DNA of 64,000 bases from Mizuhopecten yessoensis. Taxonomy: Eukaryota. Below, piece after piece: positions 53,393-64,000 of the stretch; within the stretch, counting starts at the first letter, position 1; each line of letters starts with the position of its first letter. The notes beneath the pieces were generated by a model. The model was given only the letters and a program-made list of their open reading frames with translations, was not told the origin of the DNA and made no database searches. Where the stretch lies: assembly GCF_002113885.1 (NCBI RefSeq), contig NW_018408922.1, positions 1,671,144 through 1,735,143 on the forward strand. Direction: 5' to 3'. The translations under genes were made by a program, and so were the position numbers.

Positions 53393-54322
53393 ATATCTAA
53401 ATATCCAACCAGCAGGCCCCGAGTTTATGTCAGAGTGTTTTGCCAAAAAAAATAGGCGGGCGATCTTTAGGGAAGCGTTTGGAGTGTTAAATCAATTGGT
53501 GGAAATCCTTGACTATGTGCCACAAGTTAAGCATGACCTGGAAAAAATATGTGTGCTGCCTTTGGATTGTTTTCATATTGCTCTGTCATTAATACCCCGC
53601 CTCGTCATTCACGTGCTTATGTCAACACGCCGATTGAGTGTGTATGTAACGGTCATCCTGATTGGTTAAAAGTTTTTTGGGAGAATAGCGATAACTCGGT
53701 ATATCCGATAGGTGGCAGTAGAGGGAATTAAGAAAACATGACTTTATCCGCCAAAAGTAAGTGGAGAGTATACGAAGCGCACACTTGGCTAGCGAAGATG
53801 CAAAGAAACTGGGCTATTGGTGACAGACCATCACAGATCTGATATTGCCGAGACGCATTAGCATTACAAATATCTATCTGCCCCTAACGTTTGAACTCTA
53901 ACCTTGACAAGTCAGCTACGACAAACATCCTGTTTTATTCGTACGTGTTGCCATAACTACAGAAGTTCTAATTGTTAATTGACCTTGATTTCAATGTTGG
54001 TATCGAATTAAGCTGCATACACCGTTATTTAAAGAGTGGGGGGGGGGGGTCTAATGTAAACGGTGTTCGAAAATATCGTTATTCTCGGTCTTTTTAACTG
54101 CATCATTGTTTAAGGGAATTCTTAATACTGTAATTAATGAAGCGAACAAAGGTTTATTTTATCTAGAAATATGCTGCAATCCATGGTTTTAATTTTAATA
54201 AAAACCATGTCTATGAAACAGAAAATCTTTTATGCATGGATTTGTTTTAAAAAGTCAACATAAATATAATGCGAGCATACGATGTTATTGCTACATTCCT
54301 TCATCTAGCATAATAATCATTT

Positions 54323-54538
54323 GGGCGTGTATTCATGAACCCGTTCTCATGCTCAAGCATGGATTCTGTGCTCAAACCAACTTTCTTGTAACTCGCTTAA
54401 ATCATGTCAAACGATCGAAACGTCAAATGTAAACATTGAAAACAGTTTTTGGCTTCTTCAAAATGTTTCCAAATAATTGACAAAACAAGATATATTCATT
54501 AAGTAACAACAAGAAAGTTTTCATGAATGTGAGCCCGG
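54323..54538. mobile_element. Degenerate second copy of the Harbinger-like MITE
   Basis: GTATTCATGAACCCGTTCTCATGCTCAAGCATGGATTCTGTGCTCAA matches the terminus of the 28315-28577 element. Confidence 0.72.
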
Positions 54539-54800
54539 TTCTAATTGCATTGAGCTATAAAACTTGTTCAAAAAATGATACCTTTACCAAATAAATACAA
54601 TCAGTAAAATCTGCATCGATTTGCTCACGAAAATATAAATTAATAACTGTAAAATAGATTCTAAACAATAGAAATGTTGAATAAGACAATGTTTCGTTCA
54701 ATCTCAAAACAAAATAAAATCCCACAAAACCATATATATGAATATTTATTACGGCAAAGGAATAATAATACAATAATATTGTTCGATCAGACTTTGTCGA

Positions 54801-57800
54801 TCAGCCAAGCACCAAGTATGCTTTATCTCTAGGGTATTGAACCCACACACCGACGTCCAGCGTCTCAGTCTGGCCGCTTGAGGTCACTGTCAAGTTCATA
54901 GCACCCATGGCAACTTTAGTTTGTTTAACAGACATGTGAGTTTCCGCAAAATGGAAATCGAACGACCCGTCAAGGTAGTCAATCCCAGTCAAATTGAACG
55001 TAGAGATGTCTGGTGGCAGAGTGGGATCAAACTGAAGCCTGTCTTCAAAGATTCTAAATCCGCCATAGCCGAAAATGAGGGACTGAAGGTACCCGCCGAT
55101 ACCGGTGAGGAAATTCCTGGCTCCTCCGCCATTTTCGACCTCTGACCAGATCTAAACAACGAATGATGATGCTGTCGTATAAGTATTCGTTTTTTTTAAA
55201 TTGATTCTTATCAGGTGCAGCCAACTAGGCTAGCCTTGTTTATGAAATTATACTTATATAACATATGTATACCTGTATTTCATATAGTTATACCATTGTT
55301 TAGTAATCTTCTTTTGTTTTGTTATTTCATAGTATCAATTGTTTCCGGAAAGATGACGAAAATAATCCGATAATTAAAAGAAATGAATTACAGGTTTTTT
55401 GTATTATCAATTCTATCAAGACCTGAGATGTAAATATATCAAGCGATTCTATTACAGCTAGAAGTCCAAATACTTTAAGTTTACGACACTATTGACTGCT
55501 AATAATGAAAAGGAATTGTGTAATCTCGGAAAATATTTCTGATGTGCAACGAGTTAACGTACAGAAATCAATGTCTGATATGGACAACTACTCATATTTA
55601 CATTTCTACTGAACTTGGACTCAATTTACCTACTAAACATTTTAAAGATTATTTTTCAATGACATGCACAAGACCGATATTTTGGTAATTATCCAAAAAA
55701 TATTAATATCGCACCAAATGTAAAGGATATAATCCTGTTTTGTTGAGGTGTATGTGGTATAAACCTCAATGGGCCTTGTGACGGATGTTATGAACTGCGA
55801 AGCAGTTTATATTGAATTTGTCTCAAGACCCATTAAGGTGTATAACCCATAAACCTCAACAAAACAGGATCCAATCCTTAAATGTATTTTGTAAGCTCAC
55901 TCTCCTCTTAATTGATTTATATTTGTATGCATAATTTCTTGTACTTTTACTACATGATTTCATTGTTTGACATTTAACCTATGAATCAGGTGGCTCTCAG
56001 AAATATAATGAATGTAAAATTAAATTGAAAATTGGAGAAAACATCACATGATGATTACATTTGAGAAACTTACATTAAACGGTGGAACAACGTTAATAAA
56101 TTGCTTTTTAAACAGCCTTTCTGCTTTAGCTATTTCATTCAATTCGAGCCAGCCTATTGCAAACATTCCCCAAGTCATGGCGGGTCCTCCTGGTGTAACC
56201 TGACGCAGAAATGATGAAAAAAATGTACGAGAGTATTAAATTAAGTGTATTATTGTAACATATATTACGTTTCAGATAAATTGGAAAAGTTACAAATGAA
56301 ATAAAAAAAAATCGTAATTTCGAACCTGCTGTAAAATTCGTTTCCTTTTTCATTTGATAATAAAACAACCCATAGAAATATACAAAATAACAATGAATTT
56401 GTATTAAAACTTTTTAGCATGGTTATAATCAAGTATACTTTTTTTGTTTAGTATTATAAGAATGATGACTTAATAAAATGTTTCCTGAGATTGTTCACAT
56501 GGGTATGCCGAGGATATATAATATAATGTCAACATAAATATACACAATATCTATACCTTTTCGTAAATTTCCAAATCGTTTTTCCTAATTTCTTCTGACA
56601 AATCGACCATCAAAGGGAATCCCAGAAGTACTACATCTGCTTGCTTGACAGTTTCATCTACAGAAACAGTACATGGCAGATATATTTTCGAAAACCAAAT
56701 GCACAACATTATATGCCCGCAATATGTTAAGCATGTGAGGAAGGACAAGTATGAGTAAAATACATGTTTCGAGTATGTTGCCGCTTTTTGGTACAAATTT
56801 TACTTTTATTTTGCGTGAAATATGAACCGCAAAATCAATCTGGCGAATTTGTATCCAATCGTAATGTCAGTTTCGTGAAACATATTCTCGCGAACAAATT
56901 GTTTGAAGTGCAACCGCAAAACATAGAAATTAACATAAGGTAACTGATTATTGCTCTCCCAATGTTCGTACATGGTACATAATTGTCGCGGCCGAGACTA
57001 GTGTCACTTTGAGTTATATTAAATACGATGAAATAGACATAATAGTACATGTCAACATTGTATTTGAGGTATGATAAAATGATCTTGTTACTCTATTTCA
57101 GCAAGCAATTAGCTGTATAGACCTGCAAACATTTCTGTTTTAACATATAAGCCTGCCTTGTAGCGTTAGTGTACCCAAAACGGGACAGTACCCAAACCAG
57201 GACACTGGTGGGAAAGCAGCCCAAAAATGTGTACATCTGTACATCATCTTCACGTCTTCATTGGTTACTGATAATGATTACACGGACAGTTTAAGTTTGG
57301 AAATCATGCGACGCTTTAATTTGGACATACCATTTTCTGTCTGTATTCCTTGTTATCCCCATTATTTGCTAAACACCCAAAGTGCCCCTTTCAGGGTACA
57401 GTTACACATGTTCAAGAGCCTTCGTGACCATGATAGTATTTATTTATAAAACCACGCGCTGGAAACATCATGTTGTCATTGAACAAAAATATGATATTTA
57501 TATATGAAAACTCAACAAACATTTTAGGAATTGATACTAAGGTATAATTAACATCAATATTTCACAAAAACTGTTTTGCGACACACTTTTTTTAATATTT
57601 ACTGATCCCGAAACATGATACTTAAATTATAGGAAGGTATATCGTTCTATTTTTATTTAAGTTCACATGAATTATAATAAAACTTACCTTGTGTGTACCC
57701 ATCATACTCTGGGTGCCATTTACCAGTGTCGTTAAAGGGTATAAACGTTTTATTTGCAATATCTTCGAACCGTGGGTCTGGCTTCCTGTTTATCAGCGGA

Positions 57801-60800
57801 AGGGCGTACTTGGGTAGGAGCAGACTGATCTTCGCCACACTGTTTGTGTAGACAGAGTTGTTGACGGGGTAGTGGTACTCATCTGGGGGCATTACGTCTA
57901 CGACAATACAATATAACACAATACATCAATACTATACAACACATATACATAATTACAATACATAATTACAATACAAATCATAATTACAATGCGATACAAT
58001 TTCAATGATATTTTATAATATAAAGTAAAACCTCGATATATAGCCCCTCGTTTCATTGCCACCTCGTTTACCGTCAACATATATCTATGTCCCTTTTTTG
58101 TTTTCTTAAGAATCACTTTATACATGGTGATGAGCATACATAGTACATTTATCTCAATTTATCGCCATATCCCTTAAATCAACAAAATTTCTCTCGACAA
58201 AGGTTGTCAGTATATCGTGGCATTACTCTATTTTTTGTATGAAATCTATACTTTTTTATACACCTTATATGTCAGTATGAAGTATTCGAGACCATGCGAT
58301 CTTTGATAATTGATAAGTCAAATACAAAAAAAAAAAATTGTTCCACGGCGTCAATACACAGGGAGACAAAATGAGAACCTCGAACAGACATGGTAAGACA
58401 ACAGCATCAGCTAAAACAACAGGGAAACACACCATAGACATAGAAAGACAACAGCATCAGCTAAAACAACAGGGAAACACACCATAGACATAGAAAGACA
58501 ACAGCATCAGCTAAAACAACAGGGAAACACACCATAGACATAGAAAGACAACAGCATCAGCTAAAACAACAGGGAAACACACCATAGACATAGAAAGACA
58601 ACAGCATCAGCTAAAACAACAGGGAAACACACCATAGACATAGAAAGACAACAGCATCAGCTAAAACAACAGGGAAACACACCATAGACATAGAAAGACA
58701 ACAGCATCAGCTAAAACAACAGGGAAACACACCATAGACATAGAAAGACAACAGCATCAGCTAAAACAACAGGGAAACACACCATAGACATAGAAAGACA
58801 ACAGCATCAGCTAAAACAACAGGGAAACACACCATAGACATAGAAAGACAACAGCATCAGCTAAAACAACAGGGAAACACACCATAGACATAGAAAGACA
58901 ACAGCATCAGCTAAAACAACAGGGAAACACACCATAGACATAGAAAGACAACAGCATCAGCTAAAACAACAGGGAAACACACCATAGACATGGAAAGACA
59001 ACAGCATCAGCTAAAACAACAGGGAAACACACCATGGATATGGAAAGACAACAGCATCAGCTAAAACAACAGGGAAACACACCATGGACATCCCACAGCC
59101 GAAATAATCTAAAAACAATATCAATACTGTAAAGTGTTTTTAAGAAATATGCAATTGATATCTCTTAAATCCTAGTTTTATATGTGGATTAATATCATAC
59201 ATTCGTACTTAACATTCGAGAAGAATGAAAATAACTTGATATCAGACAATAAAATCAAAATGTCTCTATTTGCCAAGACATGTCAAACTAACCGTTGATT
59301 TCATAGCGATCCTCATCCTGATTATAAGTCATTCGCGACATCCAGAACGAGGCTATATCTGTGATGACGTCAGCTGCACCCTCACTGTCGAGGAAATGCT
59401 TGTCTCGCGTCATCATTACGTATTGCTTGAAAGCAAGCGCTATATCGCCAGTGATGTGTTGTTCATAATCCGAATATTGTGCCAGGGGACAGACTTCGAG
59501 ACCTGTACAATTCAGTAATTAGTTTTAGATAAATGTATCGAACATGTGTTTACATGGTAAAAGTTTCCTTTTTTGCTACAAATTGGAATATACATTTAAT
59601 AAAAATAAGGTTGTATATTTTATTTAAGTGATCCAGAGTTCTATTTTGAAACAAAAAGCAATCCCGAATCATTAAAGTTTGTTGATTTATTAGTAAGTGG
59701 TGCTCATTTAACAGACATATCAACACAAAAACATACGACAAAACGGTCGAATTGCTGCATATCACAATTTTTTCAGAAAAGTAAGAAATGGAGAAAGTAA
59801 AGATATTTAATGTACAATCGAGATTATTTTTTGGAGGTTATATGGTATGATGCCGAAAATTCTGTGAGCACTTTCAATAAATCCGCTGTTTTTTATCACC
59901 GATCACTGGCTTCAACTAATCAGACGTTAGAATTGCAAATATCCTCACTGAACTTGTATGTATATGACGTCATCACCTTCGGTGTCGTTTTCTTCTAGGT
60001 AACATGAAAAAAAACCTAAGTCATTTGGGAAACTTGAAGTCCAATTCAATATATTAACATTCCACTACAGGTTCCTCTATAAGCATAAGCAGAAGAAAAT
60101 ACGTCCATAGAGCTATGAATGCAAATTGATCACAGTCACTTTGAAGCTTCTCCTCTCGCCTCGAATAACACGAGACAACCGTTAGAAGCAAACATTTTCG
60201 TGACGTGAGGCTGTTCCAGGAATCTCGTTTGCACTGACGACACATACACTTCAACATTTAAGTCAATAATAACTAAAAATCATAATGTAAATATACGGAT
60301 GTACCTCTTATACAATAGGTCTATTTTTTATATATTTCTTCGAAACAGAAAATTGGAGTAATGGTATGCATTCCCAAACTTAATGTTATTTTAAGAGAAA
60401 AAGTAAAACCTGCCTTAGAAATCAGCTGTCTGTTATAAATACTTGTTTAATAACAGCCAGTTGTTATATTATAAAGTTCTTTTTCCTTCAGATTAGCATC
60501 GGATATATTTGTCAAATTCCATACAGGAAGAATTCATTTTATCTAAAAGCATGAGTATAGTTTTACCAGTATATGCGCTTTCCCAAGGGTACATTGCGCC
60601 TTCATAACCCCTCAGTTTTGCAATTTGTTTAGCTGACGCATGTTTCTTTATTCGTGTTTCGAGCACTTTCTTTCCCTTATCGCTGTGCAAAGCTAGTATC
60701 GGAGGGAACATCCATGTTTCTTGGTCCCAGAAGATATGTCCTTGGTAGTCCTTGATAAAAAGAAATAAAGTTAGCATATTTCACATCTTGATGAAAATTA

Positions 60801-61791
60801 AGGAAAAACTCTCATTGCTTAAAGGTAAATACTTTTAAGAATCTAGTGGGGCAACTATCCTTGCCCCACNCCCCCCTGTTTTACCTTTATTATTGCTTAC
60901 GATTAAAGTCCCACAAGGTATGGTTTTCTATTCAGATATTATTTATCAAAGCTAAATGATATACTGTATTGTATGTTGTAAGCAAGAGTAGTTCTTTGGG
61001 TGTTAATTATTTACCCTATTTTCATGAAAGTTAGATAAGAAAATCAATCGTTAGTATTTGGGTGTTTGTTATGAAAACAGAGAAAATATATATTATGATT
61101 TTGCAATAATTAGATTATTTTTATATGCAAATTTGTATCAATAATAATAGAAGATACAGCCGGGGACTTACTGGCAGGTAAATTATTTTGTTTGTCATAA
61201 AATTACATGTTTCATCGTTAAAATTACTGAAATCTATTTCAAATTCTACGCTATTTAATAGAATAATATATTTATGTGATATTAAGAAAAATCCGATATG
61301 AGAAATGAACATCACATTCTCATTACACTTAATTAACTCATTTACCCTTGAAAACACATTTAAACTCTTCCAATTTAAAGGTTGGAAAAGTTCATTATGA
61401 AATTTCAGTTAATGAGTTAAGAAAAAGGCGTTTATGAAATAGATATTAGCTGATGCTATTGTTCTTGTATATTAGATTTGTAAAGTAAAATCCATGCACA
61501 TGTTCTTTATTTGAATGGTTCTGGTATTTTCTGTCAGAAATAAATTACGAATGACAAAGGATGACGGTACCTTATGTAAAGCACCGTGCGCTAATCCCCC
61601 TGGTGAGATTCCTAAGAAAGGGCCGTAACTCTCGTCTCGAGGAACCTCACTGAGAAGATAGTACAAGGCTGCGTAGTTGATTCTACTAATGTTTACGTCA
61701 CCATCCATGTCTATCCGGCCTTTACGCCAGATCTCTTCCCATTTCTGCTCGTGGGAGCTCCTCAATGTACCATTGAAGAAATAATCAATAC
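54801..61791 (-). CDS. PGGHG: GH65 PGGHG-like, copy 2; exons 5-11 only (exons 1-4 expected beyond the window end)
   Basis: Join complement(54801..55151,56074..56199,56557..56657,57688..57897,59293..59502,60567..60750,61571..61791), GT-AG, phases identical to copy 1, open frame. Motifs: [56 protein letters not shown]...[11 protein letters not shown]. Confidence 0.9.
55723..55879. repeat. Hairpin element in PGGHG-2 intron 10
   Basis: AAGGAT..ATCCTGTTTT(T)GTTGAGGT.TATG... pairs with ...CATAAACCTCAACAAAACAGGAT...ATCCTT. Confidence 0.75.
58398..59091. repeat. 50-bp minisatellite, about 14 near-identical copies, in PGGHG-2 intron 7
   Basis: Unit ACAACAGCATCAGCTAAAACAACAGGGAAACACACCATAGACATAGAAAG with period 50. 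Variants occur only at the array edges. Confidence 0.96.
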
Positions 61792-61886
61792 CTGGGAAGT
61801 TTTCAGAAAAGATAAATTAATTAATTGCAATACTTTTGATATTAAACCAAAATAGTTTACGTGACTTATTACATCTCATACTCATA

Positions 61887-62252
61887 CATCCTCGATATTT
61901 CATGCATGGGTTAGGCTCACTTTCGCTCTCTGTATACCTGGAATATGTCATAGCAAGATCGAGGGCCAAGTGTGTGCCACCTTGTGAATAAGACGAGAAG
62001 ACTAGTTGGATTCTTTGATGTACATTAAAAGAATCCTGCGGTCGCATAACGGTAAAATTTACTGGCTTTGAAGTCCGGTGTCGCTTCTTCGTAATCTTCG
62101 AAGGACAGGTATCGAGCATGCGATTGGTCTTTTTTTTCAACTGAGACCAATCAAATAGATAGCCGTATGCCTTCAATTTTGCTATGACATAGTCCAGGGC
62201 TGCAGAGAGCGAAAGTAAGGGTAACCCCTGGAGTATCGGAGTACTGAGTATG
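61887..62252. mobile_element. Same MITE family (copy 2) with 9-bp TSD
   Basis: Colinear with 21097-21447. ATACTCATA flanks both sides (61878-61886, 62253-62261). Confidence 0.82.
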
Positions 62253-62964
62253 ATACTCATATAAATTTTATAAAAGCAAGGTAACGATAAGTTTAGACTA
62301 TGTCAGACCTGTATGTAGACCTGAAGTTTATGTGTTCAGCAAACGTCATGCTAACAGCTTCACTTTCGTATATATTCTCATTTAAAAAATTAAAACAAAA
62401 GCAATTATTTTGTGTGATCTCATGCGTTTCAAAATACATATTTTAACGAATTGTTTTACCAAATTACGGAACCGTAGTTTTTGTTGCAATCAAGATAATG
62501 TTTTCTCGAACCTTATACAGAGATATCCCACGTCATACCCCATGCTAGATTTTTCTATCTCGTCCGATCTGTCTTGTACCTTTACGTGACATTGCGCGGA
62601 ATTTTTACACAGCGACGTATTCATCCGCGCGTAAACGGCTCAAAATTGACAACTGCATTAAACATATTCTGTTTTGTTGTTATATGTTTTGTTTTGATGC
62701 ACTTTATGTAGTTAGATATCTGATGTTGTAGATAAAATACAGTTTACACTTTAAAATACGTTGTCTTCGTTGTAAAGACGAACTAGATTTTTACGCGGAA
62801 GTATTCAAATGTAGCTTTTTTAGTGTAGAGGCTTTATTAAGTTGAGGCCCCGGACGGGATACTTGAAGTCTTTAGCAAAATTGAACAGTTTTTTTCGAAC
62901 TAAGATGTGCGACATATTTTTTTTTATTACATGTAACTGAGCGAGATCGGGTTATCTCAGTCGA

Positions 62965-63036
62965 GGGCTAAGATTCTGTAACATCCCAGCCTCGTCTTAC
63001 GCCTCGGTTTGGATTATGTTACAGAATCTAAGCCCT
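62965..63036. repeat. Short hairpin element
   Basis: AGGGCTAAGATTCTGTAACAT ... ATGTTACAGAATCTAAGCCCT. Confidence 0.7.
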
Positions 63037-63043
63037 ACATGTT

Positions 63044-63579
63044 TATCCTCGATATTCCAGGGGTAACGCTGACCTTGTTCTCTGCTTCCTAGGTTATGTC
63101 ATAGCAAATTGAAGGTACGCGGCTAGCTATTTGATTGGTCTCAGGTAAAAGATTTTTGTTTGTTTGTTTGATTTTGTTTAACGTCCTATTAACAGCTAAG
63201 GTCATTTAAGGACGGCCTCCCCTGTGTGCAAGATGCATGCGTGTAGTGTATGTGTGTGTATTTTGGGAGGCTGCGATATGTTCGTGTTTGTCTCCTTGTG
63301 ATAGCGCGAAACTGATGCCGGCTTTATAGTGCTACCTCACTGAAACATACAGGTAAAAGAAATCTTACCAATCGTTAGGTGGATACCGATCCTTCGAAGA
63401 TGAGAGAGGAGCGACACCCGGCTTCAAAGCCAGTCAATTTTTACAGCTACGCGACCGAGAGGTTCTTTTGATGCACATCAAAGGGCAAGGTGTTGCACAC
63501 TTAGTCTTAGATTTTGTTATGACATATTCCAGGGGTGCAAGGAGCTAAAGTGAACGTAACCCCTGGAGTATCGCGGATG
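63044..63579. mobile_element. Same MITE family (copy 3, inverted), interrupted by a SINE
   Basis: Reverse-complement match to copies 1 and 2, split at CAGGTAAAAGA. Confidence 0.8.
63153..63349 (-). mobile_element. 5'-truncated SINE with (AAAC)n tail inserted into the MITE
   Basis: 11-bp TSD CAGGTAAAAGA at 63142-63152 and 63350-63360. TTTG repeats mark the tail end. Contains TTTATAGTGCTACCTCACTGAAA, also seen in a related copy at about 23190-23330. Resembles molluscan Meta-domain SINEs (from memory; needs a library search). Confidence 0.75.
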
Positions 63580-63614
63580 GAATGAACAAAAACACATTCA
63601 CAGGATAATTGTGT

Positions 63615-63850
63615 CAACCAGAAAGCTTATAAACCAGACACATGTATTATCAGACACCTGTATTACTAGAAATGTGAAGAATACCATATACGTGAACCTG
63701 TATAAAAAAAACTTCATAAACAATTAACCTGCATAAAGCAGAAAACTGAAGAAAACCAGATACCTGTATATACAAGTAACATGTAATTCAAAAACCTGTA
63801 AAAACAAACCTGCGTAAACTAAATATCTGTATAAGCCAGAAACCTGTAAG
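63615..63850. repeat. Degenerate short-period tandem repeat (AACCAGAAACCTGTA-like)
   Basis: Recurring ACCTGTA/CCAGA words with irregular spacing. Confidence 0.5.
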
Positions 63851-64000
63851 ATTCATAGAAGTCTTAAGACCTTTACATTTGTAATATATTAGTTAAAATT
63901 TCATTATTCTTAAATGTATCGAAGTGCAACATTTTAGCGGTAATTTTTTCGGGATGGTTATTTTAATCCCAGGATAGGACTATTTTTTCAATTTTTAATA

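Larger units (their letters stand above)
46708..53800. mobile_element. 7.1-kb non-autonomous DNA transposon with TIRs and 9-bp TSD, carrying a tandem array
   Basis: Perfect 20-bp TIR CATCTTCGCTAGCCAAGTGT (46708-46727; reverse complement at 53781-53800), imperfect to about 67 bp. TSD CAAAGAAAC at 46699-46707 and 53801-53809. No transposase ORF. Confidence 0.9.

Noticed and set aside
48384-53669. Repeated 69-aa ORF MYVLKRKCSVH...
   Set aside because: It recurs only because of the tandem array, crosses a MITE terminus and has no recognisable domain.
58398-59091. CRISPR-like regular array
   Set aside because: Units are contiguous and identical with no unique spacers, the context is a eukaryotic intron, and there are no cas genes.
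34608-61791. Calling the GH65 genes bacterial-type phosphorylases or horizontal transfers
   Set aside because: The genes have spliceosomal introns in shared positions and animal PGGHG-type motifs; nothing in the sequence points to recent HGT.
61817-62260. 147-aa minus-strand ORF adjacent to PGGHG-2 exon 5
   Set aside because: It lies within a MITE with TIRs and a TSD and shows no similarity to PGGHG-1 exon 4.

Overview
AT-rich, intron-containing animal genomic DNA. It is most likely a mollusc such as a bivalve; this is inferred from gene content and SINE/MITE types, not proven. Manual splice reconstruction gives two tandem gene clusters, all on the minus strand. (1) Four complete ependymin-related protein (EPDR) genes of 191-196 aa form two pairs: A/B at 0.4-10.2 kb with 6 coding exons, and C/D at 24.4-31.4 kb with 5 coding exons. 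(2) GH65 protein-glucosylgalactosylhydroxylysine glucosidase (PGGHG/ATHL1-like) paralogues: one complete 11-exon, 766-aa gene with a predicted signal peptide (34.6-44.1 kb), an orphan stop-disrupted copy of the last exon (45.7-46.1 kb), and exons 5-11 of a second gene whose 5' part lies beyond the window (54.8-61.8 kb). Mobile DNA includes a 5'-truncated L1/Tx1-type LINE with a 14-bp TSD and a microsatellite-filled 3' UTR, and a 7.1-kb non-coding TIR element with a 9-bp TSD that carries about four tandem 1.74-kb units, each with a nested MITE and (in three units) a Pol III-like cassette. There are also several MITE and SINE families, intronic hairpins and minisatellites. Most short ORFs in the track are exon fragments or spurious.
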